Virus record (IMG/VR): IMGVR_UViG_2602041884_000001
Span: 10,432 to 74,431 of that record
Length of the DNA stretch: 64,000 nucleotides
Direction: 5' to 3' (one strand)
DNA from: a virus
Taxonomy: Duplodnaviria > Caudoviricetes
Under the pieces are notes generated by a model, which saw only the letters and a list, made by a program, of their open reading frames with translations, ran no database searches and had not been told where the DNA came from. Positions 44,878 to 53,631 of the stretch are shown here, one piece after another (position 1 is the stretch's first letter; each line of letters starts with the position of its first letter). The position numbers and the translations under genes were made by a program.

Positions 44878-45126
44878 TTACTCCCGCCTCGCCATTCCGG
44901 CCCCACCAGGGGGCGGTCGCCTTGGTGGTCTTACATTATCGAGGGTACCGTTCTCTACCCTGCGGAGATACTGCTTCGGGTCTCTCGCCCAGAGTTCATT
45001 CTGCCGTTCGGCCCGTGCTGCCAACTCTGCTGGCGTTTCTTTCTTCTTCGCAGTCGGCTGCCTGCGGATGGGACTGCGCCCCATGACGCTAGAAGCAGTC
45101 GCCGTTGTGGACGAGGTTGCAGTCAT
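44878..45126 (-). CDS. hypothetical protein
   Basis: Operon packing; start uncertain. Confidence 0.55.
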   Translation of the reverse strand: MTATSSTTATASSVMGRSPIRRQPTAKKKETPAELAARAERQNELWARDPKQYLRRVENGTLDNVRPPRRPPPGGAGMARRE

Positions 45127-45328
45127 CGCAGCGCTCCGGCTGACGCTTGCGCGACTGGCTGTACGTCACGCCCTCTTCTTTTACTAGACGCTCGCCTCGA
45201 TCGTTCTGAAATGCGGAGCTCGCAGCACAGGACTCATGCTTCCATGAAGCTCCCGACGGCTCGATGTCCTCGCCCTTCTCGATCGAGGTTCCGCACTCGA
45301 TGCAGGCACCGTCGAACTTTGCTTTCAC
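45089..45328 (-). CDS. hypothetical zinc-binding protein
   Basis: AKFDGAC..C...I..G..I..H..C motif; GTG at 45328. Confidence 0.7.
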   Translation of the reverse strand: MKAKFDGACIECGTSIEKGEDIEPSGASWKHESCAASSAFQNDRGERLVKEEGVTYSQSRKRQPERCDDCNLVHNGDCF

Positions 45329-45552
45329 AGTGCCTTCTTCTCCTTGAAGTACTGGATCATATCGAAGACCCAGATGACGAAGTCCGAAATGATAATCACC
45401 GCCGCCACCAGCGACAGCCAGTCGGTGGACTGTCCGCGCACGATCTCCGACAAGATCGTGCCGAACGCGATCATCACAAGACTGTTTCGCCACAGCGGAC
45501 TCTTTGGAAGTTCTGCCCTCAGCTTCTCCAGCTCATCCTTCTGTGCGATCAT
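45325..45552 (-). CDS. membrane protein
   Basis: Two hydrophobic segments; 4-bp overlaps. Confidence 0.7.
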   Translation of the reverse strand: MIAQKDELEKLRAELPKSPLWRNSLVMIAFGTILSEIVRGQSTDWLSLVAAVIIISDFVIWVFDMIQYFKEKKAL

Positions 45553-45881
45553 TCTTTATCCTCCTCGTTGTTGTATGCCCAGCCGTCAAGCCACTCTTTT
45601 GCTAGCTTATCTGGCCGAATAAACGAGGCTGCCCAGCCGGTGTCCTCGTCTATGTTTTCTTGCAGGTGAATGTTGCATACCGCAAATGCCCCAGACCCAC
45701 CGTAACCTCCATCCTTTGGGAGGTAGAGGAACCTGGCCGTGTTGCCGCACGCCTGCCCCTTTAGATTCTTGCAGGCACAGGGTGGTCGATGACGACCGCG
45801 AAGCTTGAGCGCGTACGGAAACGAGGCGCGCGCAACGTCCCCACTCTTTACGCGAAGTATTCGCTCCAGGAACTTTGTCAT
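45549..45881 (-). CDS. hypothetical Cys-rich protein
   Basis: 4-bp overlaps. Confidence 0.65.
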   Translation of the reverse strand: MTKFLERILRVKSGDVARASFPYALKLRGRHRPPCACKNLKGQACGNTARFLYLPKDGGYGGSGAFAVCNIHLQENIDEDTGWAASFIRPDKLAKEWLDGWAYNNEEDKE

Positions 45882-47788
45882 TTCATCAACCTCTTTCCCA
45901 GGTGCTCAACAACCTTCTTGTAGTCACTCGAGCTATCGACTTGAGCTGTATCGAAGCCGTGCTTGCTTGGGGTATCAACACCCATACCAACTGCCATGAG
46001 TGTTATGTTGTTACGCTTGCAGTACCTGATCTCTGACTGCATCACCTCTAACTCCTCCTGGTAGTTGGAAGCTGGCATAGCTCCGTCAGTGTAGTACATG
46101 ACAATCTTGTCAGTTGCCCGAGACTTCTCGGCCTGCTTGCGATAGAACTGGAGGGTATGTCCGTCCAGGTTCGCCCCCGAGGCGTTGAGTGAGCGCAGGT
46201 TCTCGCGAGTCTTACCTCCCCACGGGTCCGACGCGGACTTGACTTTAGTCAGCACGGGCGCGTCCATGTCCTGGCTGTACCAGTCGGAGCAGTGTGCCCA
46301 AATCTCGAACGACACTCCGATGCGACTGCAGACGTCAGCCATAGCAAGCACTGCCATCTTCTCCATCTCGAGCGTCGCACCCTCCGATGAGCCTGATGCG
46401 TCCATGCCGATCACGACGTGATACGAACGCGAGTCTGGCACGATGCGTCGTGCGAACAGTCGATCATCACTGAATGGAACACGCTTCGCGAGCGTCTTGC
46501 CTGCGATGCGCCCGCTCCTCTGGTTGCGATGATGCTCAACCCTGGCGTTGACTCCGAACGCCAGACGTGCTGCACCTACCGCATGCCCTATGTCACGCTC
46601 ATTTGACTTGAGTGGATGAGGAGAGATCTGCGACCTCTTGTAGTTCGGTCCCTCGTTGTATTCGTATATCTGCGGAGGCGAGATATTGACGGGGACATGA
46701 TCGAAAGTGTCAATCATCGACATGACTTCGACAACCCTCTCTGGAGTCAGTCCGTCCTTGACGGGCTCTCCGTTCTCGGACGAACGACCGCCGAAGCCTC
46801 CACCTTCACCCACCTCCGTGCCGTGCCCGATGATCCGCTTAAGAAGCTTTCCGATCTCTTCGATCAGCTCCTGAAGCTGCTCATCACTGGCGCCACTGTC
46901 AACAAGCATGTACCCCTTGGAATTGAACCAAGACAGCTGCGCAAGCACACAATCAAATGTGTCGACAGTGTTGGTAGCACTGAGTGCCTCACGAGAGAGC
47001 CTGCTGACCTCCGGGTCACGCAGCAAATCGACAACTTCTTCGGCGAAGTATCCATCGATCTGGTGGCCAGTAGTCTTGAACATGAAGGCCATTCCGCACT
47101 GCATGTCAAGTTCCATGTCCGTGTAGAAGGTTACTCCATCTTTAGACTCAATGCCGTTGACCATAAAGTCGTCGTTGATTGCGAAGAAATTGTCTCGCTC
47201 TTCCTTGTCATTAGCGAGGCGCCTGGTATCGCAACGGATATCCTCGCTCATTAGCATGAGCATGCTCAGCCAGGGGTGCATAGCCTGATTGACATGCCAG
47301 ATCAGGGGACCGTCCTTCGGCGCGCTTGTCGAGGGATTCAGCGACAGGCGGATGCGCTCGTAGAACTTCGTCGGGAGGCTGGGCCTGGCATCAGACCTGT
47401 GATCAATCAGGATATTGGCAACCCTGCCTCGACTGAAAGTGTCGAAGCTCCCGTGCATGATGTGACCAATCTCGTGCTGAAGAACGGACGAGATATACTC
47501 CTGATTTGCGCAGGCCGGACACGCCTGAATGCCATACTCGCGAACACCGCACTGGCCGTTGTGCGACTGCACACTTGCGAGCGCAAGTGGCGGACAAATC
47601 CAGATGGTCTTTCCGTCCGTCATGGACTTATCGCCAGCCTCGAGCCGGAGGTTCGGCTTGCCGGTAGCCTGACGTGCATACGCCCGAAGGCCAGGAAGCA
47701 ATCGCTTGAACCTCTGGGCGGCGACGACCGCGTCGTTGCGCTTAGCGCGGGTGCGGGTTGAAGTTGATTGTGCCTGTGAATGAGCCAC
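45878..47788 (-). CDS. CobT-like VWA-domain protein with HExxH motif
   Basis: HEIGH and ED.R in the N-terminal half; MIDAS DASGS and YTDG.P in the C-terminal half. Confidence 0.85.
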   Translation of the reverse strand: MAHSQAQSTSTRTRAKRNDAVVAAQRFKRLLPGLRAYARQATGKPNLRLEAGDKSMTDGKTIWICPPLALASVQSHNGQCGVREYGIQACPACANQEYISSVLQHEIGHIMHGSFDTFSRGRVANILIDHRSDARPSLPTKFYERIRLSLNPSTSAPKDGPLIWHVNQAMHPWLSMLMLMSEDIRCDTRRLANDKEERDNFFAINDDFMVNGIESKDGVTFYTDMELDMQCGMAFMFKTTGHQIDGYFAEEVVDLLRDPEVSRLSREALSATNTVDTFDCVLAQLSWFNSKGYMLVDSGASDEQLQELIEEIGKLLKRIIGHGTEVGEGGGFGGRSSENGEPVKDGLTPERVVEVMSMIDTFDHVPVNISPPQIYEYNEGPNYKRSQISPHPLKSNERDIGHAVGAARLAFGVNARVEHHRNQRSGRIAGKTLAKRVPFSDDRLFARRIVPDSRSYHVVIGMDASGSSEGATLEMEKMAVLAMADVCSRIGVSFEIWAHCSDWYSQDMDAPVLTKVKSASDPWGGKTRENLRSLNASGANLDGHTLQFYRKQAEKSRATDKIVMYYTDGAMPASNYQEELEVMQSEIRYCKRNNITLMAVGMGVDTPSKHGFDTAQVDSSSDYKKVVEHLGKRLMK

Positions 47789-49358
47789 TCTTGACCGCCC
47801 CCTTCTTCTTTGAGTGCGCGAGCACTACCTCCATCACCGTCTCTCTTGCCTCGGGCTCGAGATAATCGAGCACCGCAAGTCGGTATGCCTTCTCGAGATC
47901 GAACCAGGCTGTAGCTCGTGCGACCTTGATCTGATTACGAACACCCCAGGTGATCGGGAGCGTGCCGTCGTCCGACAACTCTCGAATATCCTTAGCGACT
48001 CGCATAAGTGTTTCGAGCATGTCGTCCTCGATTAGGTACTGATCGAGCTTGCATCGTTCAACGATGATCGAACGCTCGACACTCTCCGGTGGCATGTCGA
48101 CGTAGATATGCATGAGGCGTGACCCGTCAGCATCACCGATCTGCTCAGCTCCGACGTTGCGGTGATCCCAGGCAGGGTTCATGGCGAGTCCGAGGAATGC
48201 GAACGGATGACGACTGATTGTCTCGCCCTCGTTCTTGTCGTTGACGAGTTGCTTGCTGTTGTCGGTGAGCGGTCGAATGTACTGCCACACCTCTGGTGGT
48301 CCGGTGTTCGGCTCATCCAACACAAGCACGTTCGGCTTTACCCAGGCCTTCGGAATGCGACCCGGCTTGAAGACCGTCTCGTTGTTCTCGAAGTGCATCT
48401 TCCCGGCCAGGTCGTCAATCTCCGAGTCTCGGGTGATCGAGATGCGCTCGAACGGAACCTGCATGAGCCATGCCATGTAGCGGTAGAACTCCGTCTTACC
48501 CGTGCCAGCCTTGCCAACTAGCGAGGGCGTCTCATCGAGATGGAACCACAGTGCTGCGACAGTGAACGTCAGCTGCATGTGATCGACGTAGGTCTCGGGG
48601 TGCTCGTCGTCGCCGGTAGCGGGAATCTTTGCAGCCTCGACTGCCGAGAAGATCTCTCGCTTGAAGATCGGGATGAACAGCTCGCGTCCACCCATCGTGA
48701 TTCGTCTCCAGGCGCGGATTCCCTGGGCATCCTGCTGCGCCGTGACGGCCCTATCGCTCGGATAGGTGGACGGTTCGACGGTCATGTCGATCATGTCGTT
48801 AGAGGCGGCAGCGTTGTTCCGTTCGGGGAACAGGTGACGCTCTAGAGTTGGGTCGAGAACCAACGAATCGAGCAGGCCTCTGTAGTGGGCCTCGGGGTCG
48901 GTGACAGCCGATCGGGTAGACGAGTTGCACCCGCGTGCAATCATCGAGGCGCGCTGCTCTGGAATCAGCTTGCCATATCTCGCGCAAGCTCCCATCGGGA
49001 TGGTAGTCTTCTCTATCATCTTTCCAACGGGAATGTGGAAGTAGCACGCGCGGCAAGAACCGGCCTTGCCGTTTGCCCCCGATACGTCCGTGTCCACCGT
49101 AGCGGCACTGCTAAAGATGCCGATACGAAGACGGTCAGTCTGGTCGGAAGAACTGATTTCCCTGTTGTATGACGTGCAATCAGATGCGAAGTCTTCCATT
49201 GACTTGATCTGCTCTTCGGCAGACATGGTATCGACGGAGACGACTCGACCGATTGCTCGACACCCCACGACTGGAATCGGGCTGCCGAATACTGCAACAG
49301 AGCTGTTCGATCCCAAGCGATTTGTGCAGTTCATGCACGACTTTACTTCATTGCTCAT
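47742..49358 (-). CDS. CobS/MoxR-like AAA+ ATPase
   Basis: Walker A GKAGTGKT; Walker B VLVLDE; AMNP sensor; adjacent to the VWA gene. Confidence 0.9.
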   Translation of the reverse strand: MSNEVKSCMNCTNRLGSNSSVAVFGSPIPVVGCRAIGRVVSVDTMSAEEQIKSMEDFASDCTSYNREISSSDQTDRLRIGIFSSAATVDTDVSGANGKAGSCRACYFHIPVGKMIEKTTIPMGACARYGKLIPEQRASMIARGCNSSTRSAVTDPEAHYRGLLDSLVLDPTLERHLFPERNNAAASNDMIDMTVEPSTYPSDRAVTAQQDAQGIRAWRRITMGGRELFIPIFKREIFSAVEAAKIPATGDDEHPETYVDHMQLTFTVAALWFHLDETPSLVGKAGTGKTEFYRYMAWLMQVPFERISITRDSEIDDLAGKMHFENNETVFKPGRIPKAWVKPNVLVLDEPNTGPPEVWQYIRPLTDNSKQLVNDKNEGETISRHPFAFLGLAMNPAWDHRNVGAEQIGDADGSRLMHIYVDMPPESVERSIIVERCKLDQYLIEDDMLETLMRVAKDIRELSDDGTLPITWGVRNQIKVARATAWFDLEKAYRLAVLDYLEPEARETVMEVVLAHSKKKGAVKSGSFTGTINFNPHPR

Positions 49359-49414
49359 TGAGCCACTCCTTAAGGTAGTGATGTTATGGTTTGATTGACC
49401 TGTTCACATGCTAC

Positions 49415-49443
49415 ATAGTACCACATGCGACACAAAATGTCAA
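49415..49443 (-). promoter_or_regulatory. SigA-type promoter TTGACA-17-TACTAT for the AAA/VWA operon
   Basis: Consensus match with TG extension. Confidence 0.8.
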
Positions 49444-50069
49444 TTCAATTCTTTCTTCCTACGATCTTCGTGAGCTCGATTCCACTCAATCCGATGGTGC
49501 TTGCACATCGGAACAACTCGATGCGACCGAACCTGCTGCATCTTGCAGCCTCGCTTGACTTGCGAGGCGAGCACGCCGTGAATCTGCATGTCGTCCTCTA
49601 CGCAGACGACACACACTCGTTCGGGATGACTGATCATCCATGCTTGCTTCTTCTCGAGCGCGTATGTGGGATCTGGAACGATCTCGTATCCGGCTCCGAT
49701 GCTCTCGCGTTCGAGACGATTCAGGATGCGGCGTACGCGCGTGACCTTGACGTAGTAGTCTTTCCAGACTGGGAAGTTATCTCCGGTGATGTAGACGACC
49801 GTAACTGGCACAACCGGCTCGCGGTCCTCGGTTGCCATCGCGCTATTGAAGATGGATGCACACGCCTGCGTGTCTTCGTCGTCCCACTCGGGCAGGTCCG
49901 AGAAGATTGACTGCAGCCAGTGGTGGTGGATGATGCTGAACTGCCCGACGTTGGTCTCTACGAACGACGGCTCGTCGGGCACCGCGTCGACCATGACCTC
50001 CAGCCTGGCTGGCGTATCGTAGTCGCCGGACAGGGCCGGGTCGATGACCTCGGCTGAGATGATTTTCAT
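49440..50069 (-). CDS. hypothetical protein
   Basis: ATG at 50069 with ATGA overlap; C-terminal CxxC..CxxH. Confidence 0.7.
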   Translation of the reverse strand: MKIISAEVIDPALSGDYDTPARLEVMVDAVPDEPSFVETNVGQFSIIHHHWLQSIFSDLPEWDDEDTQACASIFNSAMATEDREPVVPVTVVYITGDNFPVWKDYYVKVTRVRRILNRLERESIGAGYEIVPDPTYALEKKQAWMISHPERVCVVCVEDDMQIHGVLASQVKRGCKMQQVRSHRVVPMCKHHRIEWNRAHEDRRKKELN

Positions 50070-50296
50070 TCTTCGTACACCTCGATACCAGCTGCGTAGG
50101 ATACCTCTTCGAGCGAGGCCTCGCACGTCAGATGGAACCATGTGACCTTGACGCGCTCGTTCGATGTTGTCTTAGTGCACGGCTGGCCTGCCGGTGCGAA
50201 ACAGTTCAGGCACTCGAAGTTAATCGGCGTGAGTATGACATCACCGAGCTTCAGTTTCTTGACTTTCGTCTTCATTGGTGTCTCCTTTATCGGCAT
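50066..50296 (-). CDS. small zinc-finger protein
   Basis: C..C.A..G.PC...H motif; start 50296 or 50275. Confidence 0.7.
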   Translation of the reverse strand: MPIKETPMKTKVKKLKLGDVILTPINFECLNCFAPAGQPCTKTTSNERVKVTWFHLTCEASLEEVSYAAGIEVYEE

Positions 50297-50718
50297 GGGC
50301 CTTCGCCCGGCATGTACGAATCGATGAGTGCCGATGCGTCACCGATCTTGAGCCATGCTTTGTTGGTTTCGTTCTCGAGGTCGTACATGTCTCGCGACAT
50401 CTTGACGACCGTGTTCGAGTCCTTTGACATGAGGTTGAGCTCGATCTGGCTAATCATGTTGCGCATCTTGCCGCGCGCGCGGGACAGCTCGCCCTGTCCT
50501 TCGCGCAGCTTCGTCACCGCATCGAGGTATGTGTTACACTCGCGCGACGAGACCGGAACCTCAACGCGCTTCTCTTCGATCTTCGTTTGTGTCACGATGA
50601 CCGGATCGTGTGGTGTTACCTCTCGAGGTGGCTGGTTCTCGGCCCACAACAGCCATGACATGCCTGTGATGAGGACTCCAAACGCGAAGGCCGCGACTAC
50701 ATTACGCTTTCTGATCAA
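50287..50718 (-). CDS. membrane-anchored or secreted protein
   Basis: N-terminal basic and hydrophobic segment. Confidence 0.7.
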   Translation of the reverse strand: MIRKRNVVAAFAFGVLITGMSWLLWAENQPPREVTPHDPVIVTQTKIEEKRVEVPVSSRECNTYLDAVTKLREGQGELSRARGKMRNMISQIELNLMSKDSNTVVKMSRDMYDLENETNKAWLKIGDASALIDSYMPGEGPCR

Positions 50719-50847
50719 CTACTCCTCCGCTCCCGACCAGGTGATGATCGTTTTTGTCTTTTCGTACACAGCGACATGCTCGAATGGGTGGCCGAGCCGG
50801 AGGCAGCATACGTCTCCGTACTCGTTCACCGCTTTACATGCTTCCAT
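50719..50847 (-). CDS. small Cys/His protein (42 aa; not in ORF track)
   Basis: MEACKAVNEYGDVCCLRLGHPFEH..W; fills the gap. Confidence 0.55.
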   Translation of the reverse strand: MEACKAVNEYGDVCCLRLGHPFEHVAVYEKTKTIITWSGAEE

Positions 50848-51727
50848 CTCGACTAGCCTTCCCCGGCGTCCAGACGCCGTACTTGTTGTCAACGTAGTCG
50901 ACGAGATCGGGACGGTAGCTGATGCACTCGCTGCCGAGTCGGTAGTAGCGCGACTTGTCGTCGGTCAGTTCCCGACCACAGCGAACGCACTCGCTGTACC
51001 GATCGCCGTATCGGTCAGAGCATCCGGCCTTGTCCATCATAATCTGCGTCAGCAGATCGGCGATGACTGTTCCATGAATGCGATTGATTCCAAAGTTGTG
51101 ACCAGACTTGCTGTATGTCTGGCGAGTCAGCCACTTGTCGGACGACTTCTGTTGAACGAGTCGGCGCTCGGAGCCGCGACTCGTGGGCTTGCGCGTGACG
51201 AGGCGCATGAACACCGTCTGCTTTCCATCGTCCGAGGTGACCGCGTAGCGCCCGTCTGGAACCATGTTGAGCACGTTGTACTCGAGGTACTCGACCTGCT
51301 CGACAGTGGGTGCGGGCATGGGCGATCGCGAGTACCAAGGCTTCTCGGTCGACAGATCTCGCTGATCGAGCGGAACCTTGGGCATACCCATGAGCGTTCC
51401 GATGATTGAACTGGCCTGCTGTGCGGAAACGAGCTCGCCCTCGATCCGGGCGAACCGCTCGCCACAAAGGTTCTTGATGTACTCCTGCTGCGGAAACGTC
51501 ATAGCCTTTCCGCCCTTCATCTTGTCGGCACCGATTGCGATTGCTCGCTGTGCGATCAGGCCCAGTCCAGACGGCCCAGAGGATGCACCCACCAAGTCGT
51601 TACGCAGTGTCGTGAGCTTGTCGAGCTGAAGGTCGACCGCTATGATCATACCCTTCTTGAACTTGTTCAGTTCGTCGGCGATCTCGTCGATCTGTGCCTC
51701 GATTTCACGAGGTGTGAGTGCCATCAT
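50834..51727 (-). CDS. hypothetical protein with DUF6011-like C-terminal zinc finger
   Basis: CVRCGRELTD..S....LG.EC. Confidence 0.75.
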   Translation of the reverse strand: MMALTPREIEAQIDEIADELNKFKKGMIIAVDLQLDKLTTLRNDLVGASSGPSGLGLIAQRAIAIGADKMKGGKAMTFPQQEYIKNLCGERFARIEGELVSAQQASSIIGTLMGMPKVPLDQRDLSTEKPWYSRSPMPAPTVEQVEYLEYNVLNMVPDGRYAVTSDDGKQTVFMRLVTRKPTSRGSERRLVQQKSSDKWLTRQTYSKSGHNFGINRIHGTVIADLLTQIMMDKAGCSDRYGDRYSECVRCGRELTDDKSRYYRLGSECISYRPDLVDYVDNKYGVWTPGKASRDGSM

Positions 51728-51941
51728 TCACCTCCAGTACCTCCGCCCAGCCCACGCGCTTGTCGTCCCGGTCGAGCATCTCGTACTCGATGACACTGTC
51801 CATCTCGAGTGTGCGCTTCAGCCGTGTTCCCGGGCGGAGGTTCCGCTCGAGCTCCGAGCGAGTGGCGATGAAGTTCTTGGGCTGGCTGGTCTCGAACACC
51901 GAATTGTCCTCGTGGTGGAGCTTGCCGGTGTAGTTCGTCAC
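51705..51941 (-). CDS. hypothetical protein
   Basis: AGGAGG RBS. Confidence 0.65.
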   Translation of the reverse strand: MTNYTGKLHHEDNSVFETSQPKNFIATRSELERNLRPGTRLKRTLEMDSVIEYEMLDRDDKRVGWAEVLEVNDGTHTS

Positions 51942-52120
51942 TTGCGATCCTCCTTTGCGAGCGCTCGGAACATGACAGCAACCTCGGAGCCCTTGAGCTC
52001 CATGTCGGTTGCATAGAACAGCGTCTGGCCGCTCGCGTCCGTTCCGAGCATCACCACTGCAACCCTGTCACAGGTTGCGAAGTTGTCGGCGTCGTCGTCG
52101 TAGTCGCTGCGTTCTTTCAC
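51938..52120 (-). CDS. hypothetical protein
   Basis: GTG at 52120 with 4-bp overlap. Confidence 0.55.
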   Translation of the reverse strand: MKERSDYDDDADNFATCDRVAVVMLGTDASGQTLFYATDMELKGSEVAVMFRALAKEDRK

Positions 52121-52491
52121 TTGCGCCGTCCGGTGATCAGTGCGTCGATGATCCAGACCGGAAGCCAGAGCCCGGCGGTCAGTACCGTCAACACAAAGTG
52201 CAGCAGGTGTGGGCATTTGCGATGCGACTCGTTGCTCGACAGGTTCACGACCTGCTGCACCGATGACGCCGGACCGGGCACGTAGGCGGGTTGCGGCGCA
52301 GGCTGCGGCTCCGTTGAAGCGTGGCGGAAGCACGGCACCGCGTACACGTCGGATAGCGAATACCCGGCCCGTGCGATGGCCGCGACGGCGGACTCGGCGG
52401 TGATGCGCTTGAGCACCTGGTGATGCCCGTCTCGGATTTCATACTCACGCTGGACCTGGACGGGTCCGGTGATCTCGTTGTGATTGCTCAT
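52117..52491 (-). CDS. membrane protein
   Basis: HLLHFVLTVLTAGLWLPVW motif; GAAAGGGG RBS. Confidence 0.75.
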   Translation of the reverse strand: MSNHNEITGPVQVQREYEIRDGHHQVLKRITAESAVAAIARAGYSLSDVYAVPCFRHASTEPQPAPQPAYVPGPASSVQQVVNLSSNESHRKCPHLLHFVLTVLTAGLWLPVWIIDALITGRRK

Positions 52492-52522
52492 GATTGATCC
52501 CCTTTCGGTGGTGGGTTGATAG

Positions 52523-52605
52523 TGGGAAGGGTGGACTCGAACCACCACAGCGCCTAGTTGGTGCGCCGTTCCAGTTCCGCTCCGCTACGCGTGGCGAACT
52601 TTCCC
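52523..52605 (-). ncRNA. tRNA-like element (non-canonical)
   Basis: T arm GGTGG-TTCGAGT-CCACC followed by CTTCCC-A, which pairs with the 5' GGGAAAG; two atypical internal arms. Confidence 0.5.
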
Positions 52606-52624
52606 TACGAGGCCTGCGCCTCGC

Positions 52625-52846
52625 CTACTCGCGATACCCAGGCGCCCCCGGGCCGTATCCGTCTGGTCGACTCAATTCGCCGCGCTCGATGAGCACGGCT
52701 TCGATCGCCCACAGGTTGAGTCGCGCGGACTTGTCGCGCGGCCCAAACTTGCGGAACCTGGCGGACCATTCCGCCCGTGCCTCGTGCAGTTCAGAGGTTG
52801 TTTCGTCGCGCGCAGAGCGTAGCGCGCGCTGGTGGTCCTCGGTCAT
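52625..52846 (-). CDS. hypothetical protein
   Basis: ATGA overlap. Confidence 0.6.
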   Translation of the reverse strand: MTEDHQRALRSARDETTSELHEARAEWSARFRKFGPRDKSARLNLWAIEAVLIERGELSRPDGYGPGAPGYRE

Positions 52847-52977
52847 GCAGACTCGGCCTCGTTACGAGCATCCATGCACACGTCGCACAGGTGCATGTCG
52901 AGCTCCTCGACGTAGTCGAACATCCAGTGTACGAACTCGCCGCATTCACCACACCGGGCGAGGTCGCGCGGTGCCAT
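52843..52977 (-). CDS. small zinc-finger protein (44 aa; not in ORF track)
   Basis: MAPRDLARCGECGE..LCDVC. Confidence 0.6.
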   Translation of the reverse strand: MAPRDLARCGECGEFVHWMFDYVEELDMHLCDVCMDARNEAESA

Positions 52978-52978
52978 G

Positions 52979-53236
52979 CTAGCGCGCCAGTCCACAGGGA
53001 CCGTGACCGGGCAGCCCGTCCAGGATGGCGATCAGGTCACGCGCGAGCCTGGCGAGCTGGCCCACCGGGTAGCTGTCGCCGTCCGACTCGGCGGCCTTCT
53101 TGAGCGCGTGCGTCAGCGGCAGTGTCCTGCCCATGATCGCGTACCCGGTCGCCCTCTTGAGCTCCTCGCCGGGTTCGACGCCGAACTCCTCGAGGTCGAG
53201 TTCCACTTCGCGGACGAGCTCGGAGTAGTTCTTCAT
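52979..53236 (-). CDS. hypothetical protein
   Basis: GAAAGGGG RBS. Confidence 0.7.
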   Translation of the reverse strand: MKNYSELVREVELDLEEFGVEPGEELKRATGYAIMGRTLPLTHALKKAAESDGDSYPVGQLARLARDLIAILDGLPGHGPCGLAR

Positions 53237-53267
53237 GTGATTCTTCCCCTTTCGGTGGGTGTCAACT

Positions 53268-53620
53268 TCAATAGATCAGGTGGCCGGTGGGAAATGCCAA
53301 CGGTTACCAGCGAAAGCATTTCGATCAGTGCCCACCGGCCACCTGGTCTATTGAGTTTGGAAGGAAGCTGCCGGGTAGGTGCGTGATGATTGGAGTAACT
53401 CCACACCTACCCGGCGCTCACTTGCGGACCTTCCGTATCGTGTGACCACCGGCGGACCTCGGGCATGGGGTACCCATAACGCCGATGCGATACTTTCAAT
53501 CCACAGGCCGAACAGCAATTCGGCCTCGGTTGGCAGATCAACCGACGTACACCTCCCCCAACCCCGAGAATAGGGGAGGTGTACCGCTCTGAGCCTAACG
53601 GCTATTTAACGTCGCTCAGA
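53268..53620. ncRNA. hairpin-dense intergenic region, putative structured RNA
   Basis: At least six stem-loops, mostly back to back, in a 395-nt gap. Confidence 0.5.
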
Positions 53621-53631
53621 CGACGGGTCGA

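Noticed and set aside
45878-49358. Cobalamin biosynthesis (cobS/cobT)
   Set aside because: No cobN or other cob genes are present; the similarity reflects the generic AAA+/VWA architecture.
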